A DNA stretch of 59,417 nucleotides, counting the filler. It is 6 parts of 6 records of this genome, joined end to end, with 100 filler letters (N's around TTAATTAATTAA, not from the genome) between each part and the next. Parts side by side here need not be neighbours in the genome. Positions count along the whole stretch, not along the records: positions 18,247 to 33,195 come from SRR31147125_5756; 5 more parts are not named here. One strand, written 5' to 3'. Within the stretch, counting starts at the first letter, position 1. The number at the start of each line of letters is the position of its first letter. The position numbers and the translations under genes are program-made. Positions 20,145-31,041 of the stretch are shown one piece after another. Under the pieces are notes generated by a model. It searched no databases and was not told where the DNA came from. It worked only from the letters and a program-made list of their open reading frames with translations.

Positions 20145-20202
20145 AATAATGCTTTCAAAATGGCAATAGCTATACCTCACCCGCGAAGGTTGCTTAAAAA
20201 AA

Positions 20203-20368
20203 TCCCTGGTCGGTCTCCTGGCTTAGAGCTTCAAACCTACGGCCGCGCCTTCCCGGTCACCCAGTGGCACATTTTGCATCAGCAAGTGCGGCTTTCGTAG
20301 CTCATACAGTAGCGGGGCTGCGACGGATTCTCACCGTCTTCCCAATAAAAATTTCAATACCCAGAGTT
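20203..20368 (-). ncRNA. Cobalamin riboswitch
   Basis: Minus strand GGGAAGACGGTGAGAATCCGTCGCAGCCCCGCTACTGT...GCCACTGGG...GGGAAGGC...AAGCCAGGAGACC (B12 box). Confidence 0.92.
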
Positions 20369-20425
20369 ACTTTTCCAATGAACACTTTATAAATATAAAC
20401 GAATTTGACTTTAGAAGCAAGTCAT

Positions 20426-22300
20426 TTAATCTGTAAAATTCCACATAAATCCCCATCGAAATTGTGTTTTTGGCATTAGATAACCAGCCACAACACTGTA
20501 ATCAATGCTGAGCGGATTTTCAATGGAAACGAATACCGTGGCATCCTTTATTACAAAAATACCATGTACTGAAGGCACAAAAGTCGTACTCGAGTTGGTG
20601 TAGAGTGAAGAAAATTGAGCATAATAAACACCTGTAGAGGAAATATCCCCATATAATGCTCCGGTAATTCGAATTCTCGCGTCCAGATCTCCTTTAAAAT
20701 AACTTTTCGCAAATTGTATAAAACCCTTACCATAATAGCCGGGGGTATTAAGCAACTGCGTATCAGTATCTTTCATTTCAAAACCAAGATACCTCCCCTT
20801 CATACCGATTTGAAATAAATCCGACAGCTTATATTCAGCCGAGATATCAAATGCATATCTCGTCTGATTATTCACGTTTCGAAACATTGGTGTATCATCT
20901 TCACCAGGGATATACACAACTCCAATTTGATCTGAAATAGCCGTCATAGTACCCGCGGCGAATAGTTCAAGTTTTTGTAAAGACCGCTTGCAAGACAGAC
21001 CAATCTGGTTCATTTTTTCCTGCTTTAATGTTTCCAGACCCTGGACATATGGACCATTTGAATATCTCGCTTCAAGACCCGGCTGGTATACCATTCGATT
21101 GAACCACAAGCTGTAATTGGTTTCTTTTCCGGGTTTATATATAAAATTTATCTCAGGTTTGAGTGATATATCATATTCATTCTGCTTTTCAATATATCCA
21201 CCGGCTTGCCATAAAAACTTTTGATTGAATGCACCGGCAATGTGTGTCCAGCCACCTAATCGCCAATCATGATGTTCCCCCCAATCAGTGCTTTCCAGGC
21301 TCGTTATCCCCCAGTTCATTCCCGAATGAAACGAAACGCTTTTAATCTTGTGTTTATATCCAACTGTCCATAACAACTGTCCGGCTTCATGCAATTCGTT
21401 CAAAACAGATCGCTGATTGCCAATATATTCACGATAAAGATCGGTGTATTGCATATTCGTGTAAAAATGCTGATTTCGTGTGAATGACAACAGATGGTCA
21501 TATCGTACATCTTTCTGGTGTGGTTCCAGCCGGATACCCAGTCCCTGCACAGGCTGAGGCTCAGGTATATCAAGATCAAATTTATTGAGCAACAGGAGAT
21601 AAGCCAATTGCCAGTTTTCAGTGAGGCGTCTGTTGATCTTTAAATTTATTTTTTGACCCCGATATGTACTGTGATCCATGGTGCCACCATAATTTTTCAG
21701 GATCCCGCCGGCATTGATCAGCAAAACAGGTGAAGCTTTGATACCCAGACGCACATCTATATCATCAAATGCATTCTGTCCATTCCGATAACCCACTCGC
21801 GACTTGATGGGCAAATCAGCTAAATTTCTGGATCTAAAATGCAATCGTGGCCCTGGCTGTGTAAAGCCATATTGTCGATTCATGGATGCAAAAGGAATTT
21901 CAATTTCTCCTACATTTTCAGTAGGTACGAGATTAAGATCGCTGTACCCGGTCAAAGGATCATTCAATATCACACCATCATATCCAACAAGGGTTCGACC
22001 TTCGACACCGGAAAAAAGAGAAACAAGCGATAGCTGACCAATACTGCCACGATCAAAGTGATAGGTACCTGGCAGCCAATCTAAAACATCTCCAATGCAA
22101 CCATAACTGGATCCGGCAATAACAGTTGAATCAAAACTCAGTATAGACAAGGGAAAAACAGCAGGCTCACGTTGTTTAACCGGCTCTGTCTTTACCACCG
22201 AGTCAACAACAGTTGAATCTACAGGGGCTTCCTGACTCTGCACGACTGTACTGGAAAACAAAAAAAATAAACAAAAAATAACCAGGGTAATTCGTTTCAC
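20426..22300 (-). CDS. Outer-membrane beta-barrel with TonB-type plug domain (putative porin)
   Basis: Signal peptide; plug-like IGDVLDWLPG...YDGVILNDPLTG.SDLNLVPTENV; aromatic C-terminal strand FRWGFMWNF. Confidence 0.7.
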   Translation of the reverse strand: MKRITLVIFCLFFLFSSTVVQSQEAPVDSTVVDSVVKTEPVKQREPAVFPLSILSFDSTVIAGSSYGCIGDVLDWLPGTYHFDRGSIGQLSLVSLFSGVEGRTLVGYDGVILNDPLTGYSDLNLVPTENVGEIEIPFASMNRQYGFTQPGPRLHFRSRNLADLPIKSRVGYRNGQNAFDDIDVRLGIKASPVLLINAGGILKNYGGTMDHSTYRGQKINLKINRRLTENWQLAYLLLLNKFDLDIPEPQPVQGLGIRLEPHQKDVRYDHLLSFTRNQHFYTNMQYTDLYREYIGNQRSVLNELHEAGQLLWTVGYKHKIKSVSFHSGMNWGITSLESTDWGEHHDWRLGGWTHIAGAFNQKFLWQAGGYIEKQNEYDISLKPEINFIYKPGKETNYSLWFNRMVYQPGLEARYSNGPYVQGLETLKQEKMNQIGLSCKRSLQKLELFAAGTMTAISDQIGVVYIPGEDDTPMFRNVNNQTRYAFDISAEYKLSDLFQIGMKGRYLGFEMKDTDTQLLNTPGYYGKGFIQFAKSYFKGDLDARIRITGALYGDISSTGVYYAQFSSLYTNSSTTFVPSVHGIFVIKDATVFVSIENPLSIDYSVVAGYLMPKTQFRWGFMWNFTD

Positions 22301-22319
22301 TGTATACCTATGATCGTTT

Positions 22320-22892
22320 TCAAACAGCTATATGTGTTTTTAGCCTGACAAGGATTAATGGAACAAAAATGACAAAGATAAGAGTATTGACAACAAGATG
22401 AATACCATAAAAGGTCATGCCATAAAAAAAGCTGGATAATATTTTTTGTACATCAGTACCTGCCATAAAAATGGCAAAACTTAAGGTGGTCATCACATCG
22501 AATAGCAGAGTTAGCAGGAAACCGACAAATCCCAGGCTTATCATTTTCAGATAAACAGGTAGCTTGTACCAACCACTTTTCCCCAACAGACCACCAACAA
22601 AACCAACGAGAGCCATGCTGACCACTTGTGCCACCAGTAACAAGGGAATGGGTGCTCCGAGTGGATTAAACAATGAATATATCAGTTCAGCTAATAGCCC
22701 TACTGCCAGACCATAAACAGGACCAATAACATATCCGGAAATAAATATGGTTGCTGTGAGTAGCTCAACGTTTGGTATCGCAATAAAAGCATAACCCATC
22801 GTGACAGAAAGCGCGATAAGCATGGCTGATAAGATGTATCTATTATTTGTTGACTTCAATAAATGTCCATAATTCGAATTATCAAACCACAC
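22320..22892 (-). CDS. ECF transporter S component, CbrT-like (start may be TTG at 22859)
   Basis: About 6 hydrophobic helices; IPNVELLT...G...GP..G...G resembles the CbrT IPNVQPVT motif. Confidence 0.7.
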   Translation of the reverse strand: MWFDNSNYGHLLKSTNNRYILSAMLIALSVTMGYAFIAIPNVELLTATIFISGYVIGPVYGLAVGLLAELIYSLFNPLGAPIPLLLVAQVVSMALVGFVGGLLGKSGWYKLPVYLKMISLGFVGFLLTLLFDVMTTLSFAIFMAGTDVQKILSSFFYGMTFYGIHLVVNTLIFVIFVPLILVRLKTHIAV

Positions 22893-23145
22893 CGTAAAAT
22901 GTTAAAAATATAGAGAAAGGTAGTTCGAATGTCAAGTTGTTTTTACAAAGTTCATTTTAACCAGAAAATCAAAATCAAAACACAAGCTAAATTTTTATTT
23001 TTAGCAGCCTTAACTTATCAACAAACTAAAAGTCTGATTTTAATCTTTTGTCATTTTTTTCAAATCCGAATAATTTCCTTGTGTTATTTTTTGAAAATGA
23101 TTATAATAAGGTGTACTTTTTTACACTCTTTTTCGGACATTCCAC

Positions 23146-23403
23146 ATGATGACATTTGAAGAAATAAACGAAACAATTAAAGTAATCAGCTATTTTGACA
23201 TTAATCGAATGCGCCCGCTAAGGTTTCAGTGGCGCGACAGAACTTTCAGGATATCTCGTGTAAATGGTGTATGGACAGATATCAATGGACGCTCCAAAGA
23301 TTATCATTTTCACGTACACACAACAAATTCCGGTTCTTTTGAACTCATCTATAATGATACCAGCCTGAAATGGAAACTCGGACGAGTGTGTCTGGATGAC
23401 TAG
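23146..23403 (+). CDS. Small DUF6504-like protein
   Basis: P.RFQWRDR.F.I..V...W...HFHV...FELIYN...WKL pattern. Confidence 0.55.
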   Translation: MMTFEEINETIKVISYFDINRMRPLRFQWRDRTFRISRVNGVWTDINGRSKDYHFHVHTTNSGSFELIYNDTSLKWKLGRVCLDD

Positions 23404-23584
23404 TTTGCTTAAAACTATTGACAGATAATAAATAAATTATATTGTACCTATCCATTCGCACGAATATTTTTACTCAACTTACGAATTGCTAATTTAAAAC
23501 CAATCCTAATCCATCCCATATTAACGGTTGCAAGGAATTTCTTGCCATATCATTATTGTTACACCGGAAAAATGGAGATAGATT

Positions 23585-24148
23585 ATGAAACGCACTATTA
23601 CAATATTACTAGTAGGGCTATTTACACTTTTTATATTGTTGGGTAGTAAAGGTTTAATATCCACTGCTAAGGAAACAGATAAGAAAAAAGTCAGCAATCA
23701 ATCAAACAAGGAACGAGGTTCTGACATGCCTGCAAAAATCATAAAAACCGAACAAGAGTGGAAAAAGTTACTCACTCCGGAACAATTCAAGGTAACACGC
23801 AAGAAAGGCACAGAAAGAGCGTTCACCGGTGAATATTATAATACGACAGAAAAAGGAACTTATCAATGTGTGTGTTGTGAAAATGACTTGTTCAGCTCTG
23901 AAACAAAATATGATTCAGGCTCAGGATGGCCGAGTTTTTGGGCTCCTCTCGATAAAATAAATATTCGTGAAGAGCAGGACAACAGTCTGTTTACGCGCAG
24001 AGTAGAGGTCTTATGTGCCAGCTGTAATGCCCACCTTGGGCATGTTTTCACAGACGGGCCGCCGCCAACAAATCTGCGTTATTGCATCAACTCGGCAGCT
24101 CTCAATTTTAAAAAAGACGAGGACAAACAAAATAGGGATAACAAATGA
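23585..24148 (+). CDS. msrB: Peptide-methionine (R)-S-oxide reductase with N-terminal signal peptide
   Basis: [32 protein letters not shown]. Confidence 0.95.
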   Translation: MKRTITILLVGLFTLFILLGSKGLISTAKETDKKKVSNQSNKERGSDMPAKIIKTEQEWKKLLTPEQFKVTRKKGTERAFTGEYYNTTEKGTYQCVCCENDLFSSETKYDSGSGWPSFWAPLDKINIREEQDNSLFTRRVEVLCASCNAHLGHVFTDGPPPTNLRYCINSAALNFKKDEDKQNRDNK

Positions 24149-25068
24149 AAAACAGTTTGGGCTTATGGCATATTAACAATGTCCTTCTATTCTTAACACT
24201 AAATATGCTGACTTTACCGCACTTATCTCATTCAGCCACGGTTTCCAACGATGCCCGCAAGCCTGAATATTTTTTCATCCAACTTAACCTATCCCGCGCA
24301 ACATTCCTGCAAGATATGACATCAGCAGAGCAGGGAATTCTGGCAAAACATGCTTTTTATCTACAGGAAAAATCAGATGAGGGAAAACTCATTCTTGCCG
24401 GACCACGATTGCAGGGTAATCCGCCTCCTGGTATTGTCATTCTTGAAACAGATAATGAAAAAGAAGCTCGTGAGATCATTGCAAATGATCCGGCTGTCAA
24501 AGCAGGCATTTTCTCTTTTGACATTCACCCTTTCAAGGCATCCATTATGTCTAAAAACAAAGAATTATCAAACGAACCGATTTTACTCAAATCTGATCGT
24601 AAATTAAGTAAAGAGTTTATTATTAACGCACCTGTTGACAAGGTATGGAAAGCCTGGACAACCGTTACAGGCATTTCCACCTTTTTTGCCCCTGACGGAT
24701 TCATTGAGCTGGCCATTGGCGGTTCCTATGAACTCTATTTTGTGCCTGATGCGCCTATAGGTCAAAGAGGCTCGGAAGGAGCAAAGATATTGAGTTTTGT
24801 ACCGCAAAAAATGCTTTCGTTTACGTGGAACGCGCCACTCCAATTCGGAGAATTACGTGAAAAGAAAACATGGGTCGTTATTGATTTTGCCAGTCTTGCA
24901 AACAATAAAACCCATTTAACACTCACCCATTTAGGATGGCAAACGGGCGAAAACTGGGATAATCTTTATAATTACTTTCAAAAAGCCTGGGACAGGGTAC
25001 TCTCTCGACTACAATATCGCTTTGATTCCGGCCCTATAGATTGGAAGAATCCATATACACCGGAATAA
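24145..25068 (+). CDS. YciI-domain + SRPBCC/AHSA1-domain fusion
   Basis: H..YL....EGKLILAGP...DPAVKAG (YciI); [20 protein letters not shown] (SRPBCC). Confidence 0.75.
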   Translation: MKNSLGLWHINNVLLFLTLNMLTLPHLSHSATVSNDARKPEYFFIQLNLSRATFLQDMTSAEQGILAKHAFYLQEKSDEGKLILAGPRLQGNPPPGIVILETDNEKEAREIIANDPAVKAGIFSFDIHPFKASIMSKNKELSNEPILLKSDRKLSKEFIINAPVDKVWKAWTTVTGISTFFAPDGFIELAIGGSYELYFVPDAPIGQRGSEGAKILSFVPQKMLSFTWNAPLQFGELREKKTWVVIDFASLANNKTHLTLTHLGWQTGENWDNLYNYFQKAWDRVLSRLQYRFDSGPIDWKNPYTPE

Positions 25069-25262
25069 ATAAATTAATAAAAAGGATATTTTTTAGACAT
25101 CACTAAAATAAATGAATTACATTAAGAAGATTTATATCGCTTTTCATCTTGATGAATAATAATATTTATTCTATCGTCTAAAATTAGCAAATAAATTGCT
25201 ATGCCCAAATTTGTGCATTTAGAGAAAGTGTCATTAATCTTATTTAAAATACTGATAAAAAG

Positions 25263-26363
25263 ATGAATATTGCTGCTTTAGCTTCTGGCGGGGTTGATAG
25301 CTCCATCGCCCTCACATTATTAAAGGAACAGGGCCTCGAACCGGTGGCCTTTTATCTCAAGGTATGGATGGAAGATGATATTGGATTTGGAGATTGCCCC
25401 TGGCAGGAAGATGTGGACTATGTCCGTAAAATAACAGATCAATTCGGTTTAAAATTAGAAATCATTCCCATGCAAAAACCCTATTGGGAGAAAGTTGTCA
25501 ATTATACTATTCGTGAAGTAAAAAAGGGGTTGACACCAAATCCGGATGTCATGTGTAATAAACTCGTTAAATTCGGAGCGTTTTACGATTACATTGGTCA
25601 TGATTTTGACAAAATTGCCACTGGTCATTACGCGAAAATTGAAATAGATAATCGTGGAAAGGCACATCTGCTGACATGTAAGGATTCGAATAAAGACCAG
25701 ACCTATTTTCTTTGCCAGATGAGTTACGGCCAAATATCCAGATCTCTTTTTCCCCTGGGCGATTACACAAAACCCGAGGTGAGAAATCTCGCATTACAAT
25801 TAAAATTACCAAACGCGACCAGAAAAGACAGTCAGGGAATTTGTTTTCTCGGTAAAATAAACTTTCGCGATTTTTTGACCAGGTATGTCGGACAGAAAAA
25901 GGGATCTATAATAGAAAAAGAAACCGGGAAAATACTGGGACAGCACAATGGCTTCTGGTTTTATACAATAGGCCAGAGAAACGGCCTGGGATTAGGTCAG
26001 GGGCCCTGGTATGTCGTGGAAAAAGAGACGTCTGAAAATATTATCTATGTTTCTCATGGTTCGGATCCAAACACCTTATACAAGGATAAAATAAGTCTAT
26101 CCCATATCAACTGGATAAATCACCCACATCCTTTCAAAAAAATCGTTCCCGATTCATTACCTGCTAATCCCAATGTAACTGATGAATTACCGATACAATT
26201 TAAAATACGCCATACACCTCTATTTAGTAATGGCACCCTCTGCAGACAAGAAGGCAATTCCTGGTCAATTATCCCTGAAAAAAGCATATCCGCCGTGGCC
26301 AGAGGTCAGTTCGCTGCTATTTATTACAATGGTGAATGTTTAGGTGGAGGAATCATCTGTTAA
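25263..26363 (+). CDS. mnmA: tRNA-specific 2-thiouridylase
   Basis: SGGVDSS, TPNPDVMCN, ATGHYA, KDQTYFL, DSQGICF. Confidence 0.95.
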   Translation: MNIAALASGGVDSSIALTLLKEQGLEPVAFYLKVWMEDDIGFGDCPWQEDVDYVRKITDQFGLKLEIIPMQKPYWEKVVNYTIREVKKGLTPNPDVMCNKLVKFGAFYDYIGHDFDKIATGHYAKIEIDNRGKAHLLTCKDSNKDQTYFLCQMSYGQISRSLFPLGDYTKPEVRNLALQLKLPNATRKDSQGICFLGKINFRDFLTRYVGQKKGSIIEKETGKILGQHNGFWFYTIGQRNGLGLGQGPWYVVEKETSENIIYVSHGSDPNTLYKDKISLSHINWINHPHPFKKIVPDSLPANPNVTDELPIQFKIRHTPLFSNGTLCRQEGNSWSIIPEKSISAVARGQFAAIYYNGECLGGGIIC

Positions 26364-26554
26364 AAAAAGTGTCGAAAAATAATTAAAGTAACAAAATGTT
26401 ACACCATTGATTTTTTAATTAAAGTCGACTTGTGCCCTTTATGTATTTATTTAATAATTACTTATCATTTTTTTAGAAGGTTGCTTTTTTTGGCCTGAAA
26501 TATGCACTAGCATTTTTCTTGTAAAAAATAAACATGGTAAAGTGTTAAGGAAAA

Positions 26555-26902
26555 ATGCTTATGTTTGCCAAAAAATTACCGCATACATTTACAGAACTTG
26601 TGAGTCATTCCGAGCTTCCGGTTCTGGTGGATTTTTGGGCTGAATGGTGTGTACCTTGCCACATGATATCTCCTTCTATCAAAAGGATCGCCGCCAAATA
26701 TGCCGATCGCATGATCACAGTTAAAATGAACGTGGATGAAAAACCACACATTGCAGCTGAATTTAATGTCGAATCAGTACCAACTGTTTTAATGTTTAAA
26801 AATGGCAAAGAAATAAAGCGCAATATCGGCGCCATGACTTTTGAAGCTTTGACAAAAGAAATTGATGAGTTATTATTACAGCCTGACGAAAATTTTGTTT
26901 AA
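26555..26902 (+). CDS. trxA: Thioredoxin
   Basis: VLVDFWAEWCVPC. Confidence 0.85.
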   Translation: MLMFAKKLPHTFTELVSHSELPVLVDFWAEWCVPCHMISPSIKRIAAKYADRMITVKMNVDEKPHIAAEFNVESVPTVLMFKNGKEIKRNIGAMTFEALTKEIDELLLQPDENFV

Positions 26903-27361
26903 ATTATTCAGTTAAAGCGGATCTTACGGTCGGTTCAAAAAACCTTTTTTGTTAAATCGGTTGCCTTTGGGAGCCAACTAAGCAAAGCTTATAATATCTA
27001 TTAAACATCAAAATGGTGATTTGCAGAATCAGCCATTTTTTAGCCGTATAGCTCCGAATTCCTCCCTGTATTATAACGACATCTAAATCCTCTCATCGTT
27101 TTACTGCTTTCAACTCTCAATATATTTCCCGGCCCTTTTCTGCCGGAAATACAATACGAATCATTCTACACATTAAAGCCTACTTTTTCTTTTCTCTTTC
27201 CGTTAATCCCGTATTTCATCAAAAAAACCATTTTTGAGAGAAATCGCTTTTCCTGACTGCCAACCAATTAAATTGAATTTTTTCTGAACCTTTTTTGCAA
27301 AAGCGTGTATTATTAATAGATAAATACATCCTTTCTCAAAATAACGCCATCATTCTAATGA

Positions 27362-28561
27362 ATGGAGGATATAATGAAACAAAAAGTGATTTCTTTATAT
27401 TGTATTTTGACCTTTTTCTTTTGCTGTTTCATCCCCTCTGCTAAAGGCCAAACAGTTAAAGCAAAACCGGAAAAAGTTTATAGCATTATCTATGTTCAAA
27501 AATCAAATGAATGGTATCAGCAACAGGCAGCATTGTGGAAAATAGAAATTAATAAAAATCCCACGAATCCTGAGGCCTGGCACAACTATTATAACGCAAA
27601 CCGATATGCACACTTTGGCACCAACTCGGATTTCACTAATGAAAAACAATCCCGCCTTGAAAAGATCATCAAGGATATGGGTGAACATATTCCCAATACG
27701 TTTGAATACAATTTCTTAAAATACAAAACAGACCATGGCAAAAACAATTTTCACCTTATCGAAAAAGCCTATCAACTGGCTCCGGAGCGTCCGGCCACAT
27801 ACTATGATTTTATAAGCCATTATGATATGCTGGGGGAAAAAGAAAAAGTCACAGAATTTTGCACAAAGCTTTACCACAGCACCGACATTGCACCCGGTCT
27901 GGTTAATTATAACTATAATGTTTTGATATCCACCAACGAAAATGCCATACTATTTACAAATGGCGACAACGATTCTTACCCGGCCTGGATGCTGCAGAAT
28001 ACATGTGATATAAGAAAGGATGTCACAATTTTAAATGTCCATATGATCAAAGGGGATCAGATCTACCTTGAAAGAAAATTAAAAGAAAAGGGCATAAAAC
28101 TTGATTTTAAAGAGTTACCGGATTTAAAACATGAAACGTTCATATCCAAACTTTGTCAAACAATATCAAAAAAGTACAGTCACATTCCGATCTATTTTGC
28201 GTTAACTGTTCACCAGAATTATATAAATTCATTCAAAGACCACCTTTATGTTGTCGGGCTTGCCTACATGTACAGTCAAAACAGGATTGATAACCTGGCA
28301 CTATTACAAAAAAATCTGGAAAAAAACTTTCGACTGGATTATCTGAAATACAATTGGTATGATGAAAAATATATGATTAAAGATTCCCTTAACAGGCTTC
28401 ATATGAATTATATTGTTCCAATGATCATGCTGGCAGAACATTATAAAACCAGTGAGATGAATGAGAAAGCAAATGATTGGAAATTTCTGGCCCTGGAGCT
28501 GGCACAAAAAGCCAATAAACAGGAAGAGATAGAGAAATATATCCAGAGCAAAGGATTATAA
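27362..28561 (+). CDS. Exported helical-repeat protein with a DUF2723 C-terminal-like motif
   Basis: Signal peptide; TPR-like helices; AILFTNGDNDSYPAWMLQ...RKDVTILN. Confidence 0.55.
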   Translation: MEDIMKQKVISLYCILTFFFCCFIPSAKGQTVKAKPEKVYSIIYVQKSNEWYQQQAALWKIEINKNPTNPEAWHNYYNANRYAHFGTNSDFTNEKQSRLEKIIKDMGEHIPNTFEYNFLKYKTDHGKNNFHLIEKAYQLAPERPATYYDFISHYDMLGEKEKVTEFCTKLYHSTDIAPGLVNYNYNVLISTNENAILFTNGDNDSYPAWMLQNTCDIRKDVTILNVHMIKGDQIYLERKLKEKGIKLDFKELPDLKHETFISKLCQTISKKYSHIPIYFALTVHQNYINSFKDHLYVVGLAYMYSQNRIDNLALLQKNLEKNFRLDYLKYNWYDEKYMIKDSLNRLHMNYIVPMIMLAEHYKTSEMNEKANDWKFLALELAQKANKQEEIEKYIQSKGL

Positions 28562-28640
28562 TCGATAACATTTCTAATATCATGAAACAAAAAACATTTA
28601 AACCAATCATCAACATTCAAGGACACCATACGACAGAATT

Positions 28641-29237
28641 TTGACAATCCTGAAAAAATATAAAAAACTCAGTGACGAACACCTGGTTGAATTATTACAA
28701 AAAGGTGACACATCCGCTTTTAATGAGCTGTATAAAAGATATAGTACACGTCTTTTATATTATTTTTTCCGGATGTTTGGCGGCCGGGAAGAGAAAGCCC
28801 AGGATTTCCTGCAGGAAACATTTTTAAAAATTGTACAAAAACCGCAACTCATTAATCCTGAAAAGCGATTTGCGAGCTGGATATTTACCGTTGCTCACAA
28901 CTTGTGTAAAAATGAATATCGCCGCCAATTCAGAGTTGAATATAAAAATGATGTGGAACTGGAAACCGAATCGTCACACATCAGCGAATCTACGCAAAAC
29001 CTGGAAGAAAACGTTGATCTTAAATTATTCGAGCATGCTGTTATTGTCGAATTAAACAAATTGGGTACAAATCATAAAAGCACCTTTTTACTAAGATACC
29101 AGGAGCATTTATCTATTAAAGAAATCAGTACGATTCTCAAATGTTCCCAGGGCACTGTTAAATCCAGACTTTTTTATACAAATCAAAAGCTGGCAAAAAG
29201 ATTAAAGGATTATAATCCACATAATATAGAGGTTTAA
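28641..29237 (+). CDS. ECF RNA polymerase sigma factor
   Basis: AFNELYKRY, AQDFLQETFLK, FASWIFTVAHNLC, GTVKSRL. Confidence 0.92.
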   Translation: MTILKKYKKLSDEHLVELLQKGDTSAFNELYKRYSTRLLYYFFRMFGGREEKAQDFLQETFLKIVQKPQLINPEKRFASWIFTVAHNLCKNEYRRQFRVEYKNDVELETESSHISESTQNLEENVDLKLFEHAVIVELNKLGTNHKSTFLLRYQEHLSIKEISTILKCSQGTVKSRLFYTNQKLAKRLKDYNPHNIEV

Positions 29238-29241
29238 TATC

Positions 29242-29772
29242 ATGAACAACTGCGATTTTATGCAGCCCTTAATAGTCAAAAAATATATGGACGTAGCAAC
29301 CGATGAAGAAAATATATCGGTAATGGAGCATCTGAAATCATGTAAGAAATGTCAACATTACGAATATACATTAAAAAAACTGCATAACACCATGCAAATA
29401 GGGCAACGTCAAAAACTTGTCCCAAACCCGGATATTCGGCAAGCTCTGCTGATGCAATTAAAACCGCATAAACCTGCCAGATTCAATATGCTCGAAAATA
29501 AATGGCAGAATATCACACACATTCTAGAATACCGGATCCCGGTCTATCAGGCTGTTCTCGGCCTCGCTTTTGCCTTTTTAACCTTCTTTACCATAAATCA
29601 TGTAAATCTACTCGATTCTCAGACTTTTTCCGGCAACATGAGTACAACAACCGTGGATTCCACAAACTTTATGAACCTGACAAAAACACTTGAAATGGCG
29701 GAACAACAGAAAATTGGCCGGAATATACACGAAGATTCTTTATTAACAAGGTTTATTGTAACGGATATGTAA
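29242..29772 (+). CDS. Zinc-finger (ZAS) anti-sigma factor, single transmembrane helix
   Basis: HLKSCKKC (HxxxCxxC), one TM segment, directly after the sigma gene. Confidence 0.75.
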   Translation: MNNCDFMQPLIVKKYMDVATDEENISVMEHLKSCKKCQHYEYTLKKLHNTMQIGQRQKLVPNPDIRQALLMQLKPHKPARFNMLENKWQNITHILEYRIPVYQAVLGLAFAFLTFFTINHVNLLDSQTFSGNMSTTTVDSTNFMNLTKTLEMAEQQKIGRNIHEDSLLTRFIVTDM

Positions 29773-29992
29773 CAGGGGGAAACTCTTACAGTAAAAACCT
29801 GCCCTCCATGCTTTTCCAACCCCAGGAGCATAATGAACCAGGGCTTTTACCACAACATGATTAAATTCAGCCTCTGGCACGCAGCTAAAGAATGACCTGA
29901 ATATGAAATATTGTTATTTAAAAAATTCGACGCTATGGGATTTGCCTGGCACAGATACCCGTGACGCGCGGAATGAACTATAACCAATATTT

Positions 29993-30895
29993 TTATTTTT
30001 TTAATAACCCCACTTGTTTGCACTGATCGCACTCAAATTGCAACACAATATGGCTAATACGAAATTTTTCCTTTAGAATCGATTCAATGTTTTTGCGCAG
30101 TTCATCACTCTGGCTGATGAGCATATCCTCTATATTGATATGTCCCTCCAGATGAATGTCATTTTCACCAACAGTCCACAAATGAATATGATGCAGATCC
30201 TTCACCTTGGGGATGGATTCCACTGCTTCTCTCACAGCTTCCAAAGAAACGTCCGATGGTGCGCCTTCCATTAACACATGTATGGCTTCCAACAATATTT
30301 TATAACTCTCTTTTAAAATATAAATGCCGAGAAGGATGGTTAGCACCGGATCCAGCCAATAGATTTTCCAAAAATAGATGGCCAGACCACCGAGAATCAC
30401 ACTCACTGAAGACAATACATCACCCAACAGATGCAAATAAGATGATTTAATGTTTAAACTGTGTTGAGCATCTCTTTTTAGCAGCAGTGTTCCGAGAATA
30501 TTGGCAACCAGACCTACAGTTGCCACAATGGTCATCAATCCCCCATGTATCTCTTGCGGCTGAAATAAGCGTATAACAGCGTGATAAAACAAATAAACAG
30601 ATATACCTAGCAATACAGTTGAATTGATAACAGCCGCTAATATTTCCGCCCGTTTTAGGCCAAAAGTATGCCGATAAGACCTTTTACGGGATTTTAATTT
30701 CAACGCCAGATAGCTGAGAATAACAGAAACACCATCACTAAAATTGTGCAAGGCATCGGAGATAAGAGAAAGACTTCCCGATATAATCCCGCCAATAATT
30801 TCAGCTATGGTAATGATGAAATTTAACACCATGGTGATGATGAGACGGGTACCTGTCGATTCCAATCCATGTGTGTGGTTATGCGTATGATTCAT
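29993..30895 (-). CDS. czcD: Cation diffusion facilitator (CzcD/ZitB-like)
   Basis: His-rich N-terminus, SDALHNFSD, HLLGD, DLHHIHLW. Confidence 0.85.
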   Translation of the reverse strand: MNHTHNHTHGLESTGTRLIITMVLNFIITIAEIIGGIISGSLSLISDALHNFSDGVSVILSYLALKLKSRKRSYRHTFGLKRAEILAAVINSTVLLGISVYLFYHAVIRLFQPQEIHGGLMTIVATVGLVANILGTLLLKRDAQHSLNIKSSYLHLLGDVLSSVSVILGGLAIYFWKIYWLDPVLTILLGIYILKESYKILLEAIHVLMEGAPSDVSLEAVREAVESIPKVKDLHHIHLWTVGENDIHLEGHINIEDMLISQSDELRKNIESILKEKFRISHIVLQFECDQCKQVGLLKK

Positions 30896-31041
30896 TATAT
30901 TCTTATTCCATTTGTTTTACAGTCGTTACTCTAAAACAGCATAACGAGTAAAAAGAGGAATGTATTTCCTATCACTATCAGATTAATCACTTTACGAACA
31001 AATTAATTATACTTCATTTTACGGCCATGAAGCGAAAACCT

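Noticed and set aside
26903-27284. Possible riboswitch or ncRNA after trxA
   Set aside because: Only a weak terminator-like hairpin near 27011-27041; no recognisable aptamer consensus
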